From Rhynchobatus australiae (Eukaryota), in contig JAUZTB010000068.1 in NCBI GenBank assembly GCA_034780895.1, positions 6,395,243 through 6,459,242 on the forward strand: a DNA stretch of 64,000 nucleotides. The letters are read 5' to 3'. The position numbers were made by a program, and so were the translations under genes. Below are positions 36,102-48,015 of the stretch, piece after piece (positions within the stretch are counted from its first letter, which is position 1; every line of letters begins with the position of its first letter). A model generated the notes under the pieces. That model did not search any database. It was not told the origin of the DNA and saw only the letters and a program-made list of their open reading frames with translations.

Positions 36102-38699
36102 CTGGGTAGTTAGGAACATAAGAAAACAAAAAGATAGAAAAAAGATATTAGCGTCAGCTAGTGAAGACTGATGACATGAACACTAACCATTTAACTAATA
36201 AAAACTATTTGTCAAAAGATCTGAAACTCAATCACAAGTATCATGATTTGAGCATGAAAACATGTCAAACTTCCAACAAAATGAACAGAAATACAAGACT
36301 AAATTAATGGTTAGTAGCAGTCACAATATAAAGTTCAAGGCTGGAAGAATTTTGTACAATACACGAGCCAAAAACAAAACAAATTTAGAGCCATGGTTCA
36401 TTAATTACAATTCTAGCCCTCCAGATATACATAGTAGCAAGCACTTAACACGGAGGTAATTTTAAGCTGAAATACATATTAAATTGGGCCACAGTACGAT
36501 TTAAGATATTTCATGCCACATTTAATTCTGTCCTCGAGTTATGGCTTCTAATGCCACACAGCATCTACCATCAAGCAACCCCTCTCCCACAAACCACCAC
36601 TCCCTCCACCACCCACCCCCCCAACCACACTGCTGCCACATCCTTGCCTACAGTACCAGGCTCTTGGTTCCCAGTATCAAATAGCTGGAAAGGTCTCAAG
36701 CAGAGTATCAAGAGTCTCAAAACCACCACTGCCTCCCTGGAGGCAATAGTTGAGAATTCTTGATATCCAACTTTGGTCTTGTATTCACTTCCAGAAAGTG
36801 ATTCTGCCACAATGGAATGCTGTTTAACTCTTCCTCACAAGCTATCGCCACATTGTGTTGGAAACAGTATTCAAGATCAAAACTGTGAGTGCATTGGTTC
36901 ACTTTAGGTTAATAATGAGAAGCCTGTAATTTACATACTGAGTACTGTTGAGATGGTGATCCTTTGGTCTCGTACAATTTGAATTGTGGTCCTGCCAGAT
37001 TTTTGTAGGGTCCAGGACCCAGGACCAATGGATTCATCCAGCCCTGAAGGTCTAAAAAAAATTATGGGAAGAGAGACAGCAAAAAGAATTCAAAAAAATG
37101 CTTTTCTAAAGATGTTCGAGTTGACTGCTATTAAACATTAGTATTTATCTACAGCAAAATGAAAGGACAGATGTTACTTTTACTTTAGGTGAAAGTTAAA
37201 TCAGGGAGCTATTTTGCCCCAAATTTCATTTCAAATCACAGCATTAAAAATCAATTTTGCCATGTTTAATGTTAAAAAAAAACACATTTCTATGTTAATC
37301 AAGCTTCTAGACTGAGAATTTTGGTGGGCATGGTCTGAAAGTGAACACTTGCAAAAAAATTTCTGTACAAAAATTGCTGCACCACAATTTTAAATACCTA
37401 CTTATAGTTTCACTTTGATACAAAATTGATCAAGCATAAATAGCATTAAAACTAAAGTACAATGAGATATGTTTTTATCATTTCAGCTCTACAATAAATT
37501 CTTAGAAAACATCCATGTTTTGGAGCCAGAATAAAAAGACCACACTTCTACAGGCACATACTGTTAACCAACAAATCAGATTTTTGGAAAGGGTAGAATT
37601 ACCATTTAGTACCAAAATATACACATAGTTACTCTGCTATTGAAGTAGGTTGCCTTTTCTTTTACACATGAAACATTAAAAGCTACTCATATAGTGAACA
37701 AACTTCACAGGAATAGAAAATCTCAAAATTGTAAAGAATAAAAATCAATAATAAATACCCACGGTAAAAATTCCAATGCAGGAAAACTAGACAACCATTA
37801 TTTTATTAAGACTAAAAATCAGGAGCAAAAACACATTGCAGAGAACAAATATGAAATACAAACTCAGTGCAAATTTGAACAATTTTACCAGAGTAGACAC
37901 AACCCTTGCATATGCACACCTACAGTAAATCCTCAGGTACCAAGGTTAACATTTCCATAAAGAGTGCAGAGGGTTGAATTACTATTCAGGCAGCAATTTG
38001 AGTTCCAAACTTCACTGCCCTTGCCTCTAATCAATTCCTGTAAACTGTTACACTAAGGAAGCAATTAAAAAAAGTCAAAAGGGCTCTATAACAGTGTAAA
38101 AAAAAATTAAAAAATTTCTAACAATGCCTGTTAAATTATGGTTTACAAGGCCTCAGTACTATCAGAGGCTTAACTGCAACTAACCAAATTGGATCCAGCC
38201 ATTATAAAATGCTCCCACTGTCAAGTTGATATTGCTTTGCAAATGTTAATTGCAGAAAAAATATCTATTTTGTTCAAGCAGGATTTATTAGACAGAAGAT
38301 TAATAAAGAAATGTAGACATTTTAGTAGCTTCATAACTTTGAGCTCCCTGGTTAAAAAAACCCAAATGTCAGCAACTAACCCTGCCTTTATTTTTTTAAA
38401 TATGATTACATTTGAAGTCAAATAGAAGATTAAACTTATGGATTTATACAAAAATGGTTAAAATTAGTGCAAGGAGAACCAATCTGTACTCCTGACTTCT
38501 TGTATAACTTAGGAATGTAAAGTTTTTGTTTTTAAAATTTCCACTGGTCTTTATTGCTTACTGCAATAATTCAGTATGCATTACAGCTGGTCATTTCATT
38601 CTCTTCAATCCACTGAACCAAGTACTTTCTATTCTTGGCAAGTCACTGTTTTAATACTGATCAAAGTAAGTGCCGTTCTGGCTACAAAACTAAACTAAC

Positions 38700-38774
38700 C
38701 TCTGTCTGCGGTCACAATCCTTTGGTAAGGATGGACACGCGAATCATGCCTCCGAACTTTAGTTGCCATCGCAC
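38700..38774 (-). CDS. qkia: Quaking (QKI-5-type) exon 7 with nuclear localisation signal, GAMATKVRRHDSRVHPYQRIVTADR
   Basis: tttaactag|GT GCG ATG...GAC AGA G|gttagt. 75 nt, phase 1/1, contains the RVHPYQR STAR-family NLS. Confidence 0.96.
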
Positions 38775-41139
38775 CTAGTTAAATTGCGACAAGTCCAAAA
38801 GAAAGTTAGAATCTTAAAAAAAAGGAACTCAAAATTGGTGAAGATGTACATAATTCAACAATACACAGCACAATGACTTGAAAAGTTAGGCAAAAGTAAA
38901 TTTAGGTAACCTTGCCAGACAACATTGCTTTACTAACTGCTTATCTCTCAGTACTGTGTGCTGGGGCTGTTAAAAAGGTTTCATTTCAATGGATACTGCA
39001 TATGACCAACACATAGGTACATTTAATCAACTTAGTTAACTTAAAATACAACAAAGCACCTAAAGACTTGGTCTTGAATAAGATGAGCTGGGTGTTTGCT
39101 GCACCATCTTTGTATTCAAGTCAACTGCAGTATTTTCAATGTTAACTGTTTGGACAGAGAGTTCGGGGTGGGGGCAGGGGTTGGTGGTTCTGCCATCAAC
39201 GTCTGCTTTTGATTTGCCGATTAATTTTTCAGATGTAACTTTAACTAGAGCTACCTCATCAAAAGAAAGAAGACACATTGAGCATCTCAAGCAGGCATAA
39301 CATTGAAGTATAGACAGAGCAGCTTTCAAAATAATGACAAGAGATGTTCTTTCAAAAAAAAAATCCCATAAGTCTTGCCATTTTAATTGACTATGGTAGA
39401 AAGTCAAATTAAATCTTGCATGTCAGGTAGAAACTGTGTTGGTGGTGGTTCAACTGGCTCCCAAGATGTGCCTGCATTAATCCAATTGTTGCTCTCCTGC
39501 CAGGCTAATCCAATGGAAAAGAGAGCAGACATGTGTCAAAAAGGAAAGTCTGGCACCTTTTCTTTTACTTTCCTTGGAGGGTTAAAAAGTGGAAGTGTGT
39601 TGCTTCATGTTTCACAGGAGATGTTGAAGCTTCTTTGTAGCAGAGTTCACTTTTGCCCCCATCAACACAAGGTGCACCAGAGCTCTCTCCACAAACTGAC
39701 ATCCAACATTTGCTGGCCCACTGGATTCATGTTGGAGATACCCATGGATCTTCCCACCACAGCCTTCCCGAGCCCGGAAATAACTCACCTCAGATTAAAA
39801 ATCAGGACGTGTATTTCCGAAATCTGCACTGTTTAGGCATAGTTTTAAGAACTTAAAATCACTTCCCTGCTTGAGTTAAACCTGGTAGTCGAATCAAAAA
39901 GAAAAAGTTTTTTGCACCAAGACATTTAACACAGTCATGACATAAAGAAAATATTTCAGGATATCAAAGACCTTAAACATTCCATGTATGCTTTCCAAAA
40001 GAACTGATTAATAGTTTAAAGAGTCAAGCTTGTGACTTGAGATGTTAACTCATTCTCTCACTCCACAGATGCAGCCTAACTTGTTGATTAATTTTCTGAT
40101 ATTATTTCAGACTTCCGATATCTGCATCTGAGCATTTTGCTTCAGTGTAATGACTATCAACTATACTGAGACAGGGATCATATTTGAAGGGTCTACTACT
40201 AACAAGAATGGGGACATTTGGACAGGGACGTTTGTTCAGGTTGTTCATGTGAATGTGGCCTCAAGGTGTTATGGTAGCTTTAGTGTGCCGGTATCCCAAG
40301 GATATAGGGGCATCTAAAAGCTGGACAAGCGCTTAAGGACTGGGGGCTCTTCTATCACTTACTGTTTGCTAAACTTATATATGTGTGCAAGACCATCTTA
40401 AAGAGATATACAAAAAAAAACTATAGGAAGTAAGTTACTTAGTTTGTAACGGGATTGCTAAATGGCCATTCACAAATGTATGCAGGACTATTTGGTGTAA
40501 AGAGGGCAAAACATGCTAATACTGAACTCCAGGTCAGGCTGCAGTGGTCAGCTTAGTGAGTGGGAATTTTGAGACTCATCATTGCAGCTTGTATCCTCCA
40601 GGGTAGGGAAATGGCAATGATGCTGCAGCTTCAGCATACTCCAATCTATATGTGACTGTAGTATTTTATTACTAAAACAATCATTATGGAATACTTTTTT
40701 TTGCTAATGCCAAGTTCTGTAAAATTGTTACACTTGCACCAGCTATTACTTTCTGAAGGTTGTACCTGTTGGAGAGGAAGCTCATTCATATAAATAAGTC
40801 TTCAGCTGCTAAGGCCCTAAACTCAAGAGATCCCTTCCCAAACCTCACTGATTCTCTCTCCTCCTTTATTATGTTTCTTAAGATTTTAAACTTCCGTAAC
40901 ATTCCCTAACGTGGCTCAGTGTCAAATTTGCATTATCACTCCTGTGATGAATTTTAAAATGTCTATTTTGTTTGTACAAATTATGCAATTATGCAGTGAC
41001 TTCTGGATGATTTGGACATCCTAATGCCCTTGATAACTAATGGGTGCTTTGAAATTACTGACACAATCATAATATAGAAGAGCCTTATGATGCTTTGGAC
41101 TGATGCTTTCAATGCAGCAGAATCTCTTTAAAACCAAAT

Positions 41140-41370
41140 CTTTATTTCAAAGTTGAGCTTATTGTCATATGCAGAAGTACATGTGAACACAGGTGCAATG
41201 AGAAACTTCCTTGCAGCAGCATCACAGGCATTTAGCATCATATAAGCAGCATTCACAAGAAAAACATAAATTAAACATAAATTATGCACAATTAGAACAA
41301 AAAAAAAGTCCATATTAGTGCAAAGTGATCAGAGTGGCCATAGTGTTGATGAACTGTAGTGGTGATTAGG
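41140..41370. mobile_element. Interspersed repeat (LINE tail-like), related copy at 21270-21480
   Basis: cacaggtgcaatgagaaactt...gcagcagcatcacaggc...agtgcaaagtg is present in both copies. Confidence 0.55.
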
Positions 41371-44300
41371 ATTATTTAACATCAAAATTACTTTACATCT
41401 GATTTACTTTCATATCATGCTTATTTATCAGTGTTAATTATTCATTTATCAATTTTGCATTTGAGTTCAATTAAGAGTATACACTTGGAATTGCTCTATT
41501 ACACATGTCACCTATTACTTGTCACATGTGGAATACAGATTCCCCAAAAAGCCATTATTTAAGTGGCTATTCAGAGACTGGAAAAGTCTGAATGAATAAA
41601 GGTATGTTGCAAGTGTATCATAAAAGGCTAGACATTCTAATTAATTAAATTATGCTTTCTGAGATCATCTAAACTAAAATCACACACTCTGTTTGCTTTT
41701 CTACCTTTAGTTCTTCTCTACCACGAAGCCAGCCAGAATCCATTGGACCTAATGGGAAAAACTGCAAAATAAGGAAGTGATGATAAATTAAAGCAAGTTC
41801 TTTAAATTGGAAGGAAAAATTCTTGTATTCATTCAACAATAAAAAAGCAGTTAATACTACACATCTTAAAATAATTAAATGCAATGAATTAACCAGGATG
41901 TATTTATTTATTCAATGTCTAATTTAAAACAACAATAACCACTTACATTTACATTCTGTTTTTGACAAAAATATTGTTCCAAGCCACAAAAGGAGATACT
42001 ACAACTGGCAACTTAAAACTTGCTCAAAAATGTAGATTATAAGGAGCAGAAGCAGTGAAGTAGAAAGGGAATCCAGACCTTAGGACCTTGGCATTGAAGG
42101 ACTGATGAAAATCAGAGAAACACAGAAATGGAGCTCAGAGATCTCTGTCGTACTTGAGACATTTCTACCTTGAAAATTTTCTTTGAAAATCACTACAGGT
42201 AAGTTTTTGCAATTATGTTTTATAATTATGAGGCTGCAGAAAAGCACAATTAAATAAATGCTAAGATTNNNNNNNNNNNNNNNNNNNNNNNNNNNNNNNN
42301 NNNNNNNNNNNNNNNNNNNNNNNNNNNNNNNNNNNNNNNNNNNNNNNNNNNNNNNNNNNNNNNNNNNNNNNNNNNNNNNNNNNNNNNNNNNNNNNNNNNN
42401 NNNNNNNNNNNNNNNNNNNNNNNNNNNNNNNNNNNNNNNNNNNNNNNNAAATTGTGCACAAACATAGCAACCAATTCCTACACATCCTTTTCTTCAGGCA
42501 ATGCTATTTATTCTTCCCAATGTATCATGAATACCTGAAAGGAGATACAAAGCTTTGGTTTTATCCCATCTGATGGAGAATATAAAGCTCTCTCACCACT
42601 TTGAAGAGTTGCCTCGATTATGTACTCGTGCAAAGCATTTGAATCTCTTTAATGCAGAAACAATTTTACTACCAGCTGAGTTGAGCTTAAGTTGGATTCT
42701 GGATGGTCCCGTGAAAGCTCTCCGCGTTTAGGAGTAGCAGGCAGATTGCAACGTTAGTGAGCAGTGCATATGAAACAGTAGTAAGCAAAAAATTGCTGAA
42801 GACACTCAGAGATTACATCATATTTGTGGAAGGAGAAACAGAGTTAATGAATTGAATCGTGCTGATTGTGCACTGTTCCCCGTGATTACCACGCACATGA
42901 GAAAGGTGGCCAAACTAAAATGTTATGGCTGCAGATATCCCAGCAAACTGCTGGTATTAACATTGAGGGATGTTTCTGAGGTGCAGTGAGTCCTGTAAGG
43001 CTGCAGATGGCAGTAACCCAGGCCCCAGCACACAGTACCCTGATGGTCTTCATGACAGTCTGTCGGCCCTGGGTCAGAGCCACCTGGAAACAGTTGGAGG
43101 AAAAAAGAAATTAAAAAAAAAACAATGACCATAAAATATTGAGAATTTTATTGGCAGCTACGAAGGATGCTTTTGACGTTGAAATTTTGCTTTAACAATA
43201 TCTCAGATTCTCTATTTCACTCAGACCCAGGCCGGGAAAGAAATTGTCAAATGCATTTACAATTTGAGAGCAGTAACATCATTTCAGTAAATACAAGTTA
43301 TGCACTTAGTGGTAAATGTCATTGTGTTTCAGTGAGAATCGTGTGGAATGTGAAGATAACAGTAGAGTGGGCCTGTCTCGAGTCATCCTTTCAAGCTCCA
43401 TCAGGCAAATCAGTTCCCAATCCCTCTTCCAACTGTGAGCTGACAAGTAATGAGAAGCAAGTGCCCAGGTTTTGCTGAGGTGAGATGTATTTATGGTGCA
43501 GCTCAATGATTAGATTATTGGACATGTAGTCCAGGGGCCAGGGCTAATCCAGCCAATGAGTTCNNNNNNNNNNNNNNNNNNNNNNNNNNNNNNNNNNNNN
43601 NNNNNNNNNNNNNNNNNNNNNNNNNNNNNNNNNNNNNNNNNNNNNNNNNNNNNNNNNNNNNNNAGGTCCCCAGTGCTGTGAGGTGGGAACACTAACTGAT
43701 GCACCACCATGCTGTCCTGCATTGTGCTAGCTTTGGCATACTGTCTCCTGTCCTGTCACTTCCATGGTTACCTTCTGCTCACTGGTACTGGATGTTTCAC
43801 CACATATAGCTAATTCAGGCTCCAAACCAATGTCTGAAGTGAAGCCTGGAAGCAATTGAGCTCATGATGATGCGTCCTCAGCAGGACTGTACTCCATTGA
43901 GGTGTCTTTCCAGACAGGAGTTGTTTCTCTGCCAAGAATCTATAGAATGGACAAAGCTATATAGAAGACGTTCATGAGGGGGTTGTGAGTAAGATTTAAA
44001 ATCTTAAAGCTTGCTGCATCATTTTTGAGGTGAAGGTAAGGCTGCGTAATATGTGGATAGTCTGCCAACTTCAATCACTGGTCTTGCTCTTTCCTGATAC
44101 CACTGGTTTAGCCTGAACCATTAATCATTATGGTGTTTCACTCTGCATAGATGTATAATCCCCTCTGAAAAAAGGGGGAGTCAGAATGAGTGAGAGGTGT
44201 TATCAGAGTTAAGTGGAGTTTATGGGAATTGTTCATGGGATAATCTGTTGAGAGACAGAGTGAAAGCAAGATGAGAATGGTAAGGTTTCTGAATGTGAGG

Positions 44301-46416
44301 GGAAGTTTATACAATCTTTTTTACTGAGAACTAACTCAGGCTATACCAAGCTGCCTATACCCCTGCTGTCATATTTGATCCTAAAATTCTGACAATGTAT
44401 TGTTGCCAGTATAAGTTTCCACCTATGTAGTATTGTTTAGCTCCGCCCTTGCCTCAGCTATTCTGCCATTCACATCTGTAAACCTTTATTGCATGCAGAT
44501 TGACCATTGCTTTGCTTCTGACCAATCTTCCTATCTTCCACCCTCTGTAAATACAAGCTCATTGAACTACTTGTTATTTTGGTACGACAGACTCAAATGT
44601 AACAGATAAACATAGCCAGTATTTAACACCAAAGCATTCTGCACAACTCAAAACCATTATCCTTCTCAAGATGTTTCTATTATCAATTTTAGAAAGGTAA
44701 AAGCAGCTCTGGATCCTTTATGGAACCTGCAGATTACTGTAGGTCTCGTTACATTTTGTGATGTTAGGTAAACAGCATCACACAATAAGTTATCTACTTA
44801 AGTTTACTCATGTGCTACGTTGTTAATTAAGTTAGCACCAGTAAATGTTCAAGAAAAACTGTGGGCAGTTTACACAAATAATTTAGTGCAGAAGAGAGAT
44901 CCGGAACCACAGTAAAAACCCATCAGCATTCATTGATAAGCAGTTAGTAAAAATAAAGTACAAAAATAAATGAGCCTTGCACCAAGCAGAGATTGAAACA
45001 CTGCAGATTTGGATCATGAGTGCCAGTTTGGCAAGTGTCAGTGTGTTACAAGGGTTGATCAGTGGTTAGTGTGCATTGTGATACAAAGATCAGATTCCAA
45101 TGCCTCTTGCTCTATCCCGAGAGAAATGTACTTTTAACTCATAACAGTATGTGCTACTTCAAGGTAGCAACAGCATTTCCAGATTTTTTTAAAAACTATT
45201 TTCAAAACAGTTATAGCAATTTAAGCTTCACCTTATCTTGATCCAATTTCACAGGCACAAAGACAAGAGATTCCATTGTAATGATTAACCCTTAAAGCCC
45301 TAGCCACAGCATTTTTTGTGGATATTTGCTCATTAATGGTATGGGTTAATTTACCAATGTTTACAAATTAATGTTTTTACTGAGATAAATCAAGCACTAA
45401 GTCACCATTTCAGGAAAAGGGCAAAGATCAATGTTTGGTAGATCAAAAAATGTCAAGAGTATCAAGGATTCTGGTAGTAGTCTACAAATGACCTTCAAAA
45501 TCACTGAACCTGCACCTTTTCAAAGGGTATATGATAGGTCAAGCAAGGAACAAACTGGATGCAGTTCATACCTTCTTCTAAACTGCTTTATCATTGTGTC
45601 TTAACCACAAAAGCCTCAAGCAAGATTGCCCATTTGCTCCTAATTATAAGCAGTTTTACATTGTGGGTCTGTATCCAACAGAAAACTAAACAGAAATCGT
45701 GTACACTTCAGAAACATTTGAGATATAAAATAGAAACTTCTCATTTCAATTTGGGTCAGAACTGAACCCAGATAAATTGACAAGAACGAAGTGTTCTAAT
45801 CCATTGCACCATTATGTCCCCAACACATTTCTTGCAATTTTCCATTCTGACATTTAATTTTAAATACAGGCCCAAGAGTTAAGCAGAATGACAATTTAGA
45901 GCTGCTTTTTGAGAATTATATTCAAACTAATACATTGTCTACTAGCATAGATATCTATATTTACAAAAAATCTAAAAGATTCTATATTATTTTTTGATCT
46001 TTTTAAAAATCTAATAACCTTTATGGGAAGCCGATAACAAACCCCCTTAATTCTGGTACTTTTTTTTAAATCACCGTACACATCATCGCCTTGCTGCTCC
46101 AAGTAGTGGTTTGATAGGGCATGTGATATGGCATTCATCCAATCAGGTCTTCAGTGTATCCATTTTTTCAACATCGCTACAAGGGAACACTTGTCTCAAA
46201 AAAAAAAGTGCTTTAGGTATTTTAAACCACTGACCGTGTCCTTAAGTCTTAGGATATATTGTATGATGTGGTTAAAGCCTGCCAAATACTGTACACCCTA
46301 CACCCAAAATAAGCATGGCTATACTGCTCGTGTTTCAATGTGCTTGGTCAGACTCTTCACTTCTTCTGAGGAAGTTATTTTTTTCCTGAGGATTCAGACA
46401 CATGTCCCATGCATTC

Positions 46417-46442
46417 TTAGCCTTTTGCTGGAAAAGCCATAC
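46417..46442 (-). CDS. qkia: Quaking QKI-6-type alternative terminal exon coding part, GMAFPAKG*
   Basis: ttgtttgttcatag|GT ATG GCT TTT CCA GCA AAA GGC TAA. Matches the QKI-6 C-terminus GMAFPTKG and is phase-compatible with exon 6. Confidence 0.92.
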
Positions 46443-47712
46443 CTATGAACAAACAATCAGCAAGTTAAGACAGTTAACAGTTTTTCACTTGTACAATTTA
46501 AAAATAATTAATATAGCATAACACATTAGTTTGTCCCTCATGATTAGGATTCTTTTTTAAACTCCCTACAAAACCTCTTGCCTATTCCCACATCCTCTTA
46601 TCTTAGATTATTTGGTAATCCCAGAGGTTCAATTCAGTTTCAAAAGGTCTCTATGTTCTACTTCTGTTCCTAAGCAATAAGTGTTGAAAATTCTTTAATT
46701 CAAAAATCTAATTTGCAATTGTTTCAGTTTTTCCAGCATTATTCAACCTACAAGTTAGACTAGATTTTAAATCGCCTACCGAATTTACTAAATCAAATGT
46801 ATTTGATGTTAAACTGGAAAAAAATCGGTAAAATTAGGAAGTTTCTGGAAGTAGCAACTCTCATTCCTTCCTTCACTTTTTCAAATATTATATAATATGA
46901 TCAGAAAGTTACAATTTAATACATCTCAAAAGTTGCATATTTTTCTCTTTGCTCCAATTTGGATTTGGGAGGTCCATGGCAAACAACTTCCTCAGTGCAA
47001 AGTCTGGGGCCACCATTTTAAGATGCTTTTTGAACAAAACCGAATTTATCAAGAACAAAATCAAATGGAATTTTACAGCAAAGGTAATACCAAATTCAGT
47101 CTTCAAGCTTGTTACCAAAATAGGTCCGTCAGTTTATGAACAGCATTAGTCTCAACCAAAAACATCGACTGTTAAGTTCCCTCCATAGATGCTGCCTGAC
47201 CTGCTGAGTTCCTCCAGCATTTTGTATGTGTTATTACTGTAATTGGCTTCCTCATCCACTGCACCAACTCCTACTCTGAATATCTTTGCCTCAACCACAT
47301 AGGCCTGCCCATATGAAATTCTCCCCTTTATGGATTTGAAACTTGCATTATAATAATTTCTGATCAACCGAGCTTTACCTTTTCCATTCCAAATCTTTAA
47401 TGAATGCATTTAGAGTCACAGGTGATTGATAAATATCTAATCTAATTTCAGCTGAGAAGTCAAACGTCTGTATGAATTCATTTTGAAAATTCAGCTGCGC
47501 AATGATTTTGAACAGATGGAAATTTTAGTTATTTTCATTTGGCTACATAAACCTGCTCACACCTCAGTGTAAGATGCTGCAATCCCCCAATCCTCCTTCA
47601 AGAGGAAATTGATTTAAGTACTTAGAAATTTAAATCAAAACTATGAAACATCAAAAGAAACATGAAATGTCACTAGCTTTTCACTTCAAGTCTACTTTCA
47701 GGCTTTGCTTAC

Positions 47713-48015
47713 CTAGAACCCCACTCGGCTCCATTGGATATTCCAGTAGAGATGCGGCTGGTGTCAAAGCATATGGGTAGTCGTAGGGTGTTGTATAGAT
47801 TATACCAGCTTCTGGTGAAGGTGGTACTAAGGCAGTTGGATGAGGGGTTCCATTAGGCATAACTGCAGTTGTCTGAATTGGCCTAATTATATTCATAATG
47901 GCAGGACCAGCTGGCGTAGAGGCACGCAAGGCAGCTGGTGGAAGCATGGGGGCAGCTGGTCCAGTTATCAGCCGTGGACCCTGCGATGTTGCTGCAAGAG
48001 AAAAGGCAAGGGTAG
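47713..48015 (-). CDS. qkia: Quaking exon 6 (proline-rich region and tyrosine cluster)
   Basis: ttactgcag|CT ACC CTT...GTT CTA G|gtaagc, 303 nt. Translates to [31 protein letters not shown]...[34 protein letters not shown]. Confidence 0.96.

Noticed and set aside
38604-38614. AG TGG ATT GAA resembling the start of the QKI-7 exon (EWIE)
   Set aside because: No phase-compatible acceptor precedes it, the continuation (ENEMTSC) does not match MPVMPDISAH, and the position is wrong.
39387-39836. 149-aa plus-strand ORF antisense to the qki intron
   Set aside because: No recognisable domain, non-ATG start and no supporting gene structure.
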